Positions 1-37,500 of a DNA stretch of 64,000 bases are shown here, one piece after another; the stretch's first letter is position 1; the number at the start of each line of letters is the position of its first letter. This DNA comes from the human T2T-CHM13v2.0 reference genome, Homo sapiens: NCBI RefSeq assembly GCF_009914755.1, contig NC_060925.1. One strand, written 5' to 3'. A program made the position numbers and the translations under genes. The notes under the pieces were generated by a model that had not been told where the DNA came from, searched no databases, and saw only the letters and a list, made by a program, of their open reading frames with translations.

Positions 1-672
<672 letters not shown>

Positions 673-739
673 TTATTTCAAAGACAAAAGCCTTTTATAC
701 ATAATATCTCATTACAATATCCCTCTGAAGTAGATGTCA

Positions 740-1010
740 AGATAATAGCTAATATTTACTGAGCGCAGTTGAGAGGCTCTGAGCTAAAGTTCTTACTTTA
801 TATATATATTTATATAATATTATTAATCCTCACAATAACTTTATGGGGTATATAATATTATTGTTTCTATTCTACAGATTAAAAAAATGAGTTCTGGAGA
901 GTTTATATAACTTTCCCAAAGTATCTTGCCTAAAGAACCTGTGTTATTATCCCCATTTTAGATAGGAGAGTTAGAACTCCAAGAGCTCAGTTGACTTGCC
1001 AGGATCACAC
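740..1010. mobile_element. MIR fragments
   Basis: taatcctcacaataac...tacagat...aaatgag; cccattttagataggagag...cttgccagga core-like motifs. Confidence 0.55.
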
Positions 1011-1677
1011 ACACACAGGGCAGGGCTGAAAATTGTGGCTTCATGGGCCACAGCTCAACCCACCTTCCAACTTCCACCAGTTTTCTAGTGCCCGCTAACC
1101 CTGTTTCTCACTAATTGGTACTAAACCAAGTGTGCCAGAGTCAAGGCTGTTGCCCAGCATGGAAATTACCCCGCTTTTGTTCTCAAAAAAATCAGAATCC
1201 CTGTCCTATGGACATGGACAGTAAATTGTTGGGGCATTGGATTGAGAGAGAAATGGGGCTCTTCCCAGGGGTGATAGGGGCAGGACTGGGGAGAAACCCA
1301 CAAACCCCAGGGTTGCCTGGTAGTCCCAGCAGTGAATGAGAGAGCTGGGGAAAGACGGGCAGGGCTTCAATGGGCTTCGATGGACCTCAGACAACAGCTG
1401 CCAGTGTCTGGATGGAGACTGTGGTTTGCCTCAGGGAGATGTGCTAGACAAGGGGTGATTAATTGCTGCCCTGCTCTGAAAATGACTGTCTTCATGCTGT
1501 GCATGCAACCATTTCTTTCTATTCATCATCTCTGCTTCTGAATAACCTTAAGCAAGCAGGTTGTGCCATGGGCTGCTCTTATTCTGGGTCCCACAAACAC
1601 AGAGTGGCAGGATAAGGAAGGTCACAGGGCACTCTGAATTCCGTTTCTTTGTAGGCAAAGTCTTATTCTTTATATAG

Positions 1678-2016
<339 letters not shown>

Positions 2017-2583
2017 TTCTCAGGTTTCAATTTCTAAAATTATTATTATCATAAAGAGAGAAAATATAATATCAAGAGTGAACTAACTCAAGATCCTGCA
2101 CCCTAATTGCAATAATTTTCATTTTTGCCCATCCTCTTAACCCTTCTCCACATGGTCACATTTTACATTGCTGAGATCGTGTCGTGTCCAGCTTTATTAT
2201 TTTGCAGAACATATTATAAACATTTTCCTGTGCCACTATATAGATTTCATAGTTGTCATTTTTAAAGGCGTCATTCAGTGTATAGACCACAGTATAACTA
2301 ACCATTCTTCCATGATTAGACATTTATGTTGCTCAGGAGCCTCTGCTTTTATAAATATACCATAACAAACATCATTTCTATCTAATTTGGGACTAATTTT
2401 GAGTGTCTGTTTCAAACTGAAAAAATTCCCCTGCATCCATCACCCTCTTTTGGGTTCTTCCCCCTCACCACCCTGTGTGATTCTCTCGCCTGTTATGTTC
2501 TCCTTCAAAAGATTGAAACCTCCTCAAAAGCAGTAGCTGTGGACTTGGGGAAAACGCACTTTGAAAAGAAATAGAGCACACTA

Positions 2584-2913
<330 letters not shown>

Positions 2914-3175
2914 TTAGTAACCATATATAGACGTTCAGGGCACAAACTCCAGTGCCACTAGCTGGGTTCAAGTTCCAGCTCTGCTTCTTACTGTCTTTGA
3001 GATCTTGGGTATGTTACTCACTTACTTTTCCCCTTGGGATCCTCCTCAGATCACAGGAGGAGGAGATGATACTTCTTAAGTCACAGAGTTTGTGAGAGGG
3101 TGAAATGTGTTGACTATGACTATCTGGCACATATTAAGCATTCTATGTTTGCTATAATTTTAAGAGTAAAATTGA

Positions 3176-3511
<336 letters not shown>

Positions 3512-3615
3512 GGATTTCTCTTCTTAAATTCAATGTTTCAAGAAACTTTCATTTTGCATTACTACTGTGCCAGGTAGGATATGCAAGACTGTGGGGCTAC
3601 AGAAATGAAAAAGAC

Positions 3616-4168
<553 letters not shown>

Positions 4169-4899
4169 TCAGTTGGTCAGTGTGTCCCCACAGTGAAAGA
4201 CTGTGAAAGACTTTGTCTCTCTGTCTGGGAATTTCCTGCCAGAGCCCAGAGTGGTCTCTGAAATGAGTGAGGCTGTGTGTTTAATCCACAGCGACAGTTT
4301 TGTAGCGGTGCCATCTATCTACAGACAAGGCCCCAGCACTGGGTGGGGATTGGATAAGGAGACCTCTCTGATCCCTGTCAGCCCTAAGATCCCCAAATCC
4401 TTTGACTGTAGGCCTAAGCCTGTTCTCTAGAGGCTTGTCTAGTTTATTGCTTAAAATTATTTTTTAACATTTAATAAAATGGACCCATCAAAAGGCTAGA
4501 AGCAGACAATCATCAATTAAAAATCAAATAATCAGATCAAACAATCAGGCAAAACAATTTTAAAAACCCATCCATTACTATGAACAACCCCATCAATAGG
4601 AGACCAAAGAAAGAGAAATAACTGACAGCACTTAGCGAGTAAAATACACTTATCAGCCCACTTAATGCACACTTTGTGACATGTAAGAGCCTGATTCTAT
4701 GTGGTCCTGTACCAAGAGAGATATGTGCACACATACTTTATGCATTCTCAGAGGTTATGGTCTAAGGAAGACAACAGAGCAGAGTTGGCAGAGGGCTCTC
4801 CAGAATGCGGTACTAACAAACAGGGAAGTTATTTTTAATACATAATCAATCAATACGGGTGTCTTTATGGGATTCTCTTATATCACAAGCTGAATTTGG

Positions 4900-6351
4900 A
4901 AGCTAGATCAGTAAGAAGCTGATTGATCACATTTTATGAAGTTTATTGCTTTTTAACTGTAAAACTCATTTTAGTAGAAATAGCAAATCGCCTTTTGCAA
5001 CCTCTAATAAAATAATTGATTCAGGCAAAAATCATCAATGGCTGCTAAAACCTTTGGGTGAGAGGCTTCTGGGGAGCTAGACTATTGCAAGATGTCAACA
5101 TGTTGCCCCACAGATTCTCTCCCAGTGAGAAGGGGGAAAATGCAAGATGATGATGGAGGGGTCAGGCTGTCAACATCTGAACCCACTGATGTACTTAGCA
5201 TTGCTAAAAGAGGACAAACAGACATGACATGCTTCAGAATAGGAGCAGGATGAAGCACCCAGCATTACCTGTGAGGTACTTGCCAGAAAATGATAAACCT
5301 GAATGTTTGCAAGCCTTTGGTGCTAATTTCCATGTTTTAGGAAATATAGAGGTTAGGAGGAGTTAAATGACAATGTGAGGACACAGACAGATAAAACAGA
5401 ATTTAGGACATTTCATGAGACAACTGACCCGATTTCTTTAAACAAGTCACTGACATGATTTTAAAAGTTGGGGGATGCAGGGCAGGGAACAATACCAGAT
5501 TAAAAGAGCCAAATGCCATGTGTAGATCTTACTGGATTTAGATACAAACAAACCAAAATTTTATTTTATTTTTTTGAGACAGGGCCTCACTCTGTTACAC
5601 AGGCTGGAGTGCAGTGGTGGGATCTCAGCTCACTGTAACCTCGACCTCCCTGGGCTCAGGTGATCCTCCCACCTCAGTCTCCCAGGTAACTGGAATTATA
5701 GGAGTGTGGTACCACACCCGGCTAAGTTTTGTATTTTTCGTAGAGACAGGGTTTCTCCATATTGCCCAGGCTGGTCTTGAAGTCCTGAGCTCAAGCATGG
5801 AGGCCAGCCCAGGCCTCCCAAAGTGCTGGGATTACAGGTGTGAGCCACTGTTCCCGGGCTAACCAACTTTAAAAGACAGTATGAGGACAACTGGAGAACT
5901 TGGAATATAACTTGGTATTAGGTGAGATTAAGAAGTGATTGTGATAATGGTCAAGCGATCATATAAGAAAAATGTCCAATTATTTTCAGAGATACATTCT
6001 GAAACATTTATTAGTCATATGTCACCATGCCTGGGATTTTCTTTAAGATATTTCACTAAAGAAAAAAATAGTCCCGGTGCAGTGGCTCACACCTGTAATC
6101 CCAGCACTTTGGGAGGCTGAGGCAAATGGATTGCTTGAGCTCGGAAGTTCGAGAGCGGCCTAGGCACCAAGTGAGACCCTATCTCTACAAAAAATATAAA
6201 AATTAGCCGGGCATGGTGGCGCATGCCTGTGGTCCTAGCTACTCAGGAGGCTGAGGTGGGAGGATGGCTTGAGCCTGGGAGGCAGAAGTTGAAGTGAGCT
6301 GAGATTGTGCCACTCTACTCTAGCCTGGGCAGCAGAGCCAGATCCTGTCTC

Positions 6352-6382
<31 letters not shown>

Positions 6383-6500
6383 AAGAAAAATGAAAGGTAA
6401 TAAAGAAAAAAAAACTATAAAAAAGAAAAAATCATATAGGGAAATGTTAATCTTTACTAAATATACTAGATGTAGGTGATGGGTAAATGGGAGTTCATTC
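4900..6500 (+). mobile_element. Old L1 (L1ME-like) 3' fragments interrupted by Alus at ~5560-5859 (-) and ~6071-6380 (+)
   Basis: Diverged L1M 3'-UTR-like motifs (aaaaatcatcaatggctgctaaaac, ctggatttagatacaaacaaac, agagatacattctgaa) plus Alu consensus. Confidence 0.55.
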
Positions 6501-7334
6501 CATAGAACTGACTTTCCTACTGAGCCCTGTCTCACCACTGCCCGAGCCCACAGGGCTGTGAGAGCACCCACAACGCTTTGGTGCACACATTTTTGAACAA
6601 ACGAATGAAACTGCATTGACCTAAATGAACCAATTGCAGAGGGGTGTGGACGAGTGTGGGTTGGGGGCAGAGCTCTGAGGAGAGATGGGGAGGAGGTCAC
6701 ACGTAGCTGGGTTTATGGACCATTTCAATGGATTTAGACAGCATCTGACCTCAATTAAAACCCTCCTTTCTTCAAAAACACACTCCTTTCTCATCTCTTT
6801 GAGTATTTTAAGACAAGGCAAAGGTATAAGGTCCTAATTTGTTTTTATATAACCCATGCCAAGGCCATAGGCCCAGGCCTGATCACAGGGGGAGATTGGT
6901 CTTTTGAAGCCCCAAGTTGTTAAACCACAGGAAGTGGAACTTGGTCACCAGTAAACAGGTCTGGACCATTAAATTTGTAATTATCATGAGTAAATACTAT
7001 CTTGTTTTTCCTGGGGGTTGGGTGTGAGGAAGAAGAAAAACTTTAAAAAAAAAAGATAATTTGGAAAACATCTTCTTTAAAAAACCCTGCCATTTTATTG
7101 GGTGCTTACTATGTGCAAAGCACAATGCTCAAAAGCATTTTATCTGCATGATTTCATTATCCTCACCACAGTCACGTGAGTGGGCCTTCTCATGCCCATT
7201 TTACAGATGAAGAAACTGAGGCGATCTGACTACAAAACACATATTTTAAAAGTTTCCCCCAAATTATGTACCTGAGCCACGCACTTAACATTCACAGGAT
7301 AAATTGATAAAAAGCCCCAAATTGTTCAGGTGCT

Positions 7335-7597
7335 ATTTATTTATTTATTTATTTATATTTTTATTTTTAGATAGAGTCTTGCTCTGTCGCCCAGGCTGGA
7401 GTGCAGTGGCACAATCTTGGGCTCACTGCAACCTCCACCTCCCAGGTTCAGTGATTCTTGTGCTAATTTTTGTATTTTTAGTAGAGACGAGGTTTCACCA
7501 TGTTGGCCAGGCTGGTCTCGAACTCCTGACCTCAGGTGATCTGCTCGCCTTGGCCTCCCAAAGTGCTGGGATTACAGGCGTGAGCCACTGTGCCCGG
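7335..7597 (-). mobile_element. Alu with internal deletion and (TTTA)n tail
   Basis: Alu consensus; part of one arm is missing. Confidence 0.88.
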
Positions 7598-7658
7598 TCT
7601 GTCAGGTGCTATTTTAGAGGGCACCTCCAGCCCAAGGTCTTTGAAAAATGCAACTGCT

Positions 7659-8119
7659 ATTAGTGGTATTAAACAAAATTTATTGGAGGTCATTGATTTG
7701 GACTGACCTCCTGCTCTAGGCTTAACAGAACAAACCAAAATGGTGTCACTTATGCTAAAGTTTGATGTCACCAAACTGAAACTAAGTTGTTTATCTGACC
7801 TTCCAAGAAAACAGGAGAGAGAGAAAGATAATAGCCAAATCCCCAGATAGGCCAGTTTTAGCCAGCATGATAAGAAGTCCCCTCTGCTTTAACCTTTACA
7901 AAGAAAGTTAACTGAAGTTACCTGATGCTAACTGGTTGCTTTTTGTTCTGATTCTGCTTTCTTCAGCCCTTTTCTGCCTGTAAAGCCAACCTCCTCTGCT
8001 CAGCTCATTGGAGCACTTTTTCTCAGTTTTTAGAGAAAAATGCTACCCAGCTTCATAAGTCACAAATAAAAGCCAATTACATCATTTAACTAAATTTGTC
8101 ATAATTTTGTGTTTTGACA
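7659..8119 (+). mobile_element. ERV1-class solo LTR, MER31-like
   Basis: accaaaatggtgtcacttatgctaaag...gaaactaagttgtttatctgacc...aataaaagccaat...ttttgaca. Confidence 0.65.
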
Positions 8120-8354
8120 GAGGGGTAATAATCATCCAGCCCTCAGACCCCCGACACGGTGTCTTCACCTCCTGCCAGTGTTTCAGGCTTCCTGAGGTGC
8201 AGCCCAGCTGGGACGTGGAAATTCCCGACCCTACACACCACCGCCCGAGGGGAAGGAAACATGGACCTGCACCAAAGTGTCTTTACTGTGTGCCATCTGA
8301 TTGCAAACAGAACTGGGCTTTCCAAGAGAAACTGAGGACAGTGGAGAGCTTTTA

Positions 8355-8486
<132 letters not shown>

Positions 8487-8555
8487 TTAGGGCTTACTGG
8501 ACCAGGGATGCTGCAGGGGGCTTGGGCTTGCGGTTAGAGAGGGGCCAGGTTTTGC

Positions 8556-8611
8556 TCTCCCCAAAGCAGGGGTCCAAGTCTCCCCAAAGCAGGGGTCCAA
8601 GTCTCCCCAAG
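8556..8611. repeat. 23-bp tandem repeat, about 2.4 copies (TCTCCCCAAAGCAGGGGTCCAAG)
   Basis: Two identical units plus a partial third. Confidence 0.9.
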
Positions 8612-10191
8612 TGGGGCCACAGAAAGCAGGGGGCTCCAGGTTAAATTAGAGCCTCCAGGCCACCCCACACCCCGCTCTCTACCCCCCAGCACTTTCACCC
8701 TTAGGTTTTCTTCCTCCAGGGCACACAGAAGAGCAGATTTCTGGCAACTGTCAGAAATCTGACCCCCCAGGGGTCCAGCCCAGGAGAGCGAGTTACAAGA
8801 AGGGCAGAGGTCGGGGAAAGCGTGTCAGGGGCCAGTGCTCTCCATGTGCAGTGCGAGGTCACTGTCCTGTGGTCCCTGAAATCTTCTGGGAGCCCAGGCA
8901 GCCAGGATAGAAGAGCTGTAGAGGAAGGGGGAGGAGGAAAGAGAGAGAACAAAGGGAAAAAAAGTGAAGAAAGAGAGGAGGCGGGGAAGGTAGGAAGAGG
9001 ACCCTAACTTCCTGGAGAGGACCTGGGAACATTGAGAAACCAGCCCAGGATTGCTGGCCAGGAGGATGCTGGTGTGTCTCTGGGGAGCAGGCTCCTTTCC
9101 CATCTCATGCAACTCAAGAGTCTGAGCCCCAGTGATGGGCTTGCCCCTCTCCTCCAAGCAGCTCTCTAGATTCAGTATCCTGGACCCATTTGGGGGTTTT
9201 TCTTCCTTTGAAGCACTTTGAAGCAGCTGAGTGAGGCCCCCTGGCTGGACCTCCTAAGTCAGCTGTATGCGTTTCGCATAGCTACTCACCCGCCTGCAGC
9301 CCAGCCTGCACCCGATCAGTTGAGAGGGATCTGGTCCACAGAGGCTGAGGCCAATAGAGGACAGTGCCCCTTCTGCACCTGCCTCTGGCTGTGAGCTGCA
9401 GGATGTGGTCAGGAGAGGAAGCGAGGCCTAGGCCCAAGTCATTCTGGGGTTTCCAGAGAGCTTCTCACCCAGGGCATTGACAGGGCACTGTCTGGGTCTA
9501 GGCACGCCTCCCTCTCCTCATCCGGCCCCTGGAGCAAGGGTCGGGGGAAAGGGAGAGTGGGGAAGTTCAGCCTCCTCCCCCTCTTCCTCTGCCTGGCCAG
9601 AGAGCCTGAGGATTGTGAAACTGGACCAGGATAGCTCCCTCCGGGCAGGGAGAGGGCTCAGTGAGTCCCTCTACTGCGTATGGGGGAGGATGGTGCTTCA
9701 GGGTGCGAGCAGCTGCCCAGCTACCATGCAGCTTTTAGAAGCTCAGCTAAGGACATCCAACTTTGCTTCCCTTTCTCCTGCCTAGCAAGAACTCAAAGGT
9801 TTTCCCCACTTCCCTTCCACTTCCCAGAAAACCCCATCTGATGGAGAATGCTTGCCCCTTCAGCCAAAGTGGGAAGGAGAGAGAGCTGATGGGGGCTTAG
9901 CGACCTCTTCCAAATCGCACCTCCTTCCTTCCCCTACATGGGCTGAGCAGTCAGTTTCCAATGAGGACTCTGGTTTCTGCTTCCATGGTGCCTGCTTCTG
10001 AGGCCCTTGACCTCTTCCCTCTGCCTTTCACCCACTCTCTCCCCCCTGCCACAACAGGAGTCTAGGCGCCATCGCCCTCGCCTGCATTCCTGCCTGCCTA
10101 TGCTTTCTCCCCACTCCAACCACTCACATGCCACTCATCTTCTAAAGGTCAGTTTGCCCAGGTCATCTCCTGGGTCAACGTTTTTCAGCAG

Positions 10192-10286
10192 TGTGATGGT
10201 TAATTTTACGTGTCAACTTGGCTAGGCCCAGTGCCCAGATATTTGGTTAAACATTTTTTCAGATGTTTCTAGACGGTGTTTTGTTG

Positions 10287-10321
<35 letters not shown>

Positions 10322-10650
10322 TAGATGAGATTAACATTGAAATTAATAGACTTTGAGTAAAGCAGATTACCCTCCAATCTGTGGAAGTCCTGGTTGGAAC
10401 AAAGTCTGATCTCCCTGGAGCAAGAATGAATCCTGCCAGCAGGTTGCTTCGAACTTGAACTCCAGCTCTTCCCTGGATCTCCAGCCTGAGAGTCTATCCT
10501 GCAGATTCTGGATATGCCAGCTTTCACAATCCAATGAGCCAGTTCCTTAAAATCAATCAATCTCTCTCTTGCATTCTCTCTCTCTAGATATAGCTATCTA
10601 TACATACACATCTTACTGGTTCTGTTTCTCAGAGAGTGCTGATTAATTCA
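10192..10650. mobile_element. MLT2-type (ERVL) LTR containing (GT)n at 10291-10318
   Basis: Begins TGTGATGGTTAATTTTACGTGTCAACTTG; ends ...ggttctgtttctc... Confidence 0.8.
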
Positions 10651-10879
10651 AGTAGCTTCTCTTCAACTTCAGTATAAAAATCTTAAATCCTCACCTAGCC
10701 CACAAGGCTCTTAGTCATCTTACCTCATATAATGCCTTTGTACAAATTAGAAAAAGCCACCCTCTCTAGGCAGATACAGCTCTGACCAAACATAGGGCGA
10801 GGTGGGTGGAAAATGGTGAACCTTTCCTCTTAGTATAGTGCACAACCTGGACAACCACATGGAGTTGCCTTACTTTTGT

Positions 10880-11511
10880 TTGTTTGTTTGTTGTGTGTGT
10901 GTGTTTTTAATTGAGACAGAGTCTCGCTCTGTCACCCAGGCTGGAGTGCAATGGAGTGATCTTGGCTCACTGCAACCTCTGCTGCATGGGTTCAAGTGAT
11001 TCTCATGCCTCAGCCTCCTGAGTAACTGGGACTACAGGCTCCCAGCACCATGCTCGCTAATTTTTTTTGTATTTTAAGTAGAGATGGGGTTTTGCCATGT
11101 TGCCCAGGCCATTCTTGAACTCCCGACCTCAGGTGATCCGTCCGTATTGGCCTCCGAAAGTGCTGGGATTACAAGCGTGAGCCACCGCGCCTGGCCGTTC
11201 GTTGTGGGTTTTTTGTTGTTGTTGTTGTTTTGAGACAAGGTCTTGCCCTGTCTCCCAGGCCGGAGTGCAGTCTCGGGATATTGGCTCACTGCAACCTCCG
11301 CCTCCCTGCTCAAGTGATCTTCCCACCTCAGCCTCCCAAGTAGCTGGGACTACAGGTGCGTGCCACCACTCCTGGCCAATTTCTTTATTTTTTGGTAGAG
11401 ACAGGTTTTCACAATGTTGCCCAGGCTGATCTCCAACTCCTGACCTCAGTCGATCCTCTGGCCTGGGCCTCCCAAAGTGCTGGGATTATAGGCGTGAGCC
11501 TCTGCGTCTGG
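10880..11511 (-). mobile_element. Two tandem antisense Alus (~10880-11195, ~11210-11511)
   Basis: Alu consensus. Confidence 0.9.
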
Positions 11512-11559
11512 CTGCCCTGCTTCTGGATGAGCCACTGACTGACGAATTAGCCTCGTCTC

Positions 11560-11900
11560 TCTTCCATGTTCTTTCCCTTTACTCCTTCCTCATCCCAAAC
11601 CCTAACCTCCCTGCAGCTCCTGGAACCTGCTGTGCTCCCTTGCTGCTGTGCTTTTGTACACCTGTCACTGCTGTTTCAAGTCCCTCTCTTATTTTCTGGT
11701 ATTGCTTCCTCTGGCCAAGTTTTGCCGAGGCTCAGCCTGGGTCAGCCTTCCCTCTTCTTGCCCGGGGTCCTAGCCCTTACTTCAGGTACTGTGCTGCTTC
11801 ATCACTCGTCTAGATTGGAGAATCCTCCAGTGAATGGGGCTTGAGCTTTGATCCATCGTGCTGGGCACTAGTAGGTGCTCAATAAATGTTTATTGAACAA
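11560..11900 (+). mobile_element. L2 3' end
   Basis: gggcactagtaggtgctcaataaatgtttattgaa terminus. Confidence 0.6.
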
Positions 11901-12523
11901 CTGAAAACCGGGAAGTGAATGAATGGATGAACGGGGACACAGCAGCTCGCAGCGGGCAGCAGGAGGCGCTCGCCGGGAGGGTGCTCCTTCCCTTCAGCCA
12001 GCCGGAGTTCAGCCAGCGGGCCCGGCGGGAGGAGTGGGAGTGGGCCGGGGCCAGGGCCGGGGAGGGGGGCCATCCCCGCGCGACCCGCAGCGCCGCACAG
12101 CGAGGGGGAGGGCGCCTGCGGGGAGGACAGGGTCGGGGGAGCGCCCTTCCGCAGGCTCCTTTCATTCTTCCACTTAGGGGTCTCCAGGAATGAAAACTGG
12201 CCCCAGCCAGGCCAGAGCGCGCGAATGAAAGGCGGCACTGGGACCAAGAGAGAAGCTTCGTCCCGCCTGGGCTGCGGAAACTGGCGGCGCCAGGGGTGTC
12301 CCACCGCGCGGGCGTCCGAAAGCGGGGCAAAGGGGACAGCCTCGCCCCTCGAGCGGCTGCTCCCGCAGCTCGCTCACCCCTGCGGGTACGTCGTCACTCC
12401 CGCGTGCGGCCCCGTCCCGACTCTTGGATCGGACTCTTCAGTCCCTTCTTGCGTCTTCCCCTCTTTCCTCTGGGCCTTGGTATGCCCCAGGGGACAGATG
12501 TCTTGGGATCTTTAACATTTGGG

Positions 12524-34562
<22,039 letters not shown>

Positions 34563-35389
34563 CTCTGCGCCCCACGCTGGAAAAAACTGTTTCATAGAGG
34601 GGCTGGGCTGAGACCCCCCCACCCCTGAGTGCCTCTTTCAGCTCCCCCATCCCCATCGCAGGCCGATGACCTGGAGCTGAGACCTTTTATTATTTTTTTT
34701 TTACACGACTTTTTTCAGAAGCCCTGACCTAAGGATTTATATATGTGGATTGTCCTCAATACCCCTGTGATATGATTATGTTTTATCCCCCAGAGTTTGG
34801 CCTACTGGACTTAAGGCCTTGCCTGTCTGACTGACAGCCTCTATCTCCTTATATAAGACAAGTGGCAGGGGACGAGTGAAGCAGAGTGAGCCACCTTGGG
34901 AGTTCTCCAACGCTCTGTGCTCTGGTTCTAAGAAATTCCCTGGGGAACTGCCCCTGGCCCTCCTGTCCCACTATTGCTGGAGGCTGGACATGGTACATAC
35001 TCATGCACATGACTCTCCCCCATTTCCCAGGTCTCTGGGTACCCCAGCCTGGGCTGGGGGAGAATCTCTTCCCCCTTTTCTAATGTGCTCTGTGATGCAC
35101 ACACCAAGTGGTAGGTCAAAGGTCAGTATATCCCGGTGGTGTATTGTCTTGCTAGACCCTGCTATTTTCCTGACCCCCTAAATCCTCTTTAGGGACCCAG
35201 TCACTATACCCTGTCTATGCCCTGTGGGCTCCCAGACCCCTGAGCTTTGAGTCAGTGGCATCACAGTTTGTAGCCTCAGGGGGTCTGGCTGGGGGCTGGT
35301 CCATGCTTGTGGTTAGTGGACAGCAGCCACCCTTTGACAGCTACCTCTGGACATCTCAAGGGCTTGCAGCCCCACTGCTCCTTCTAACA

Positions 35390-35687
<298 letters not shown>

Positions 35688-36640
35688 TAACGTTTTTTCA
35701 TCATAGTCCCAAAAACCAATACTTTACAAGTGGTTTTTGAAAGGCACCACTTTTGTGGCATGTTCTGGTTGGGAGAGGGAGTCACAGTTCCTACTCCCCC
35801 CACCAGCTATGCTTCTGCTCTGAGAAGGTGGTTATTTATACAAACATGGACATACTCACTCCCAAGGGCTGATGAGATGCTGAATTTTCTTTGGGGGCAT
35901 TCATTAATTGTCCCAGCTGCAGCGACTGGAGCAAGTCTGGAAGCTGCCTGTGCTAAGACCACCCAGCTGTCCCTGGGTTCTCATCCTAGGGCCTTCTTTG
36001 CTTCCAGGTCAGGGGACCTGCTTCAATGAGAAAGCAACTGAATTGAGGCTAGGAGAGGTAGGGAGAGCTGAGTTCTGACTTCACCTGTGCAGAACTCTCT
36101 GCCCCCATGTTACCTGGACTGGAACAGACTGTGAATATAGCAGAAGGTTCCAAGAACTCTGGTGTCTGACCTAGAAGAGGCACAGTTCTCTCTACTGGAA
36201 AGAAAACGATGTAGCCGATTGCACAAGGGTGCCAAGGGAAGACCCAGGATGGCCCATCAAAGGAACCTGGGGGAGGATGCAGGAGGCTGAAGGGATGCAC
36301 CTGGCATTTCTCTCACTGTGCTCTTACCGCATCAGCAACCCCCAACTTTTGGGCCTACTCTGCCCCCCATGCGTGAATACCCTGCTTGGATGCTGTGCTT
36401 TTCCGGTTTGTCTCTAAGCCCCTTTCTCCAGGGCATGTTGGTTTCCCTGGCCTCTCAGTGTCCTAACTGGAGCCCAGAGTGCCTTGTTCTGAGCCAGGAG
36501 ACGGCTGAGCACTGGCCCTCCACACCTAAGCGTCCTTTACATTAACTTATTGGTCTTGTATAACACCTGGTGCCATTGCCAAGTGGCTGTGTCCTCAGCT
36601 ACAGAGCTGGAATTGTGTGGGGTTTAGTGCTAAATACTTC

Positions 36641-36646
36641 AATAAA
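36641..36646 (+). terminator. INAVA: Polyadenylation signal AATAAA of INAVA
   Basis: aataaa followed by gtctgttttttgtg and a T-rich/GT-rich downstream element. Confidence 0.85.
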
Positions 36647-36713
36647 GTCTGTTTTTTGTGATTGGCTGAGCTGGGGATGAGGGATTTTTTATTTTTATTT
36701 ATTTTTATTTTTT

Positions 36714-36714
<1 letters not shown>

Positions 36715-36765
<51 letters not shown>

Positions 36766-36776
36766 CGCGCGCGCGC
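36715..36776. repeat. Compound microsatellite (GT)21(GC)10
   Basis: Direct reading. Confidence 0.97.
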
Positions 36777-37500
36777 CAGGTTTCCCCGAGCAGAGGCTGA
36801 GCCCGGCCCCCTGGGCTGCCCGCCAAGGTGGCCAAGTTGCCCGGCCCCTCCAGCTGGTCTGGCCAGGTCCCTGGGGAGCTGGTGTGATGGGTTGGGTGGT
36901 AGAGGGAGGCTCTCAGATTCTCTGCTTCCGGGGCAGGGTGGAAGCCAGCACAACCCCTGTCAAGGCTCCTTACAGCCTCTTCAGCTTGAGGAGCTGGCCT
37001 GTGGGAGTCACTTCCCCAAGGACAGGGCACTGGCCAGGCAGAGGGTAGAGATGGGTGGCTCAGCAACTCCAAGCCATTCCTGGAGCTTTGACTGCCCGGA
37101 GCCCAGGCTCATGAGAAACAGCCCCTTCCCCATACCTGGAAGACTGGGACCCCTCCTTGGGGTGGTGAGGAGGCGGGGCTCTCCGCAGGCCCCTCCCCCA
37201 TCGGCAAGAGTGCCCACAGCCCCTCCGCTGCCTGGGGTCCCACTGAGGCCAGGGGCGGGGAGCGCCACCTTGGACACTTCCGTGCTTGCCCTGCAGGGAC
37301 CGCTCCAGGGCCCCGGAGCACAGCGCCCCCTGGAGAGGCTGTGCCCGGACCTGAGGCGCCGGCGTGTCAGGTAAAGGGGTCCCCCTTCCCGCCAGTTCCC
37401 TCCACAGCCAAGGAAGGGGCGGGGAAGGGCCCCGGCCCTCGCTGCCCAAGGGGCGCCTCCAGCCTTGCCTGGGTGCGGCCCTGGGGGCCGCGGGGATCTG
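36757..37500 (+). promoter_or_regulatory. MROH3P: GC/CpG-rich region, candidate promoter and first exon (donor at 37370/37371) of MROH3P
   Basis: CpG-enriched, GGGGCGGGG GC boxes near 37251 and 37416, donor CAG|gtaaag at 37370. Confidence 0.5.

Noticed and set aside
36712-37374. 220-aa ORF starting in the microsatellite
   Set aside because: Starts at a non-ATG codon within (GT)n(GC)n and runs through GC-rich promoter-like DNA; probably chance.
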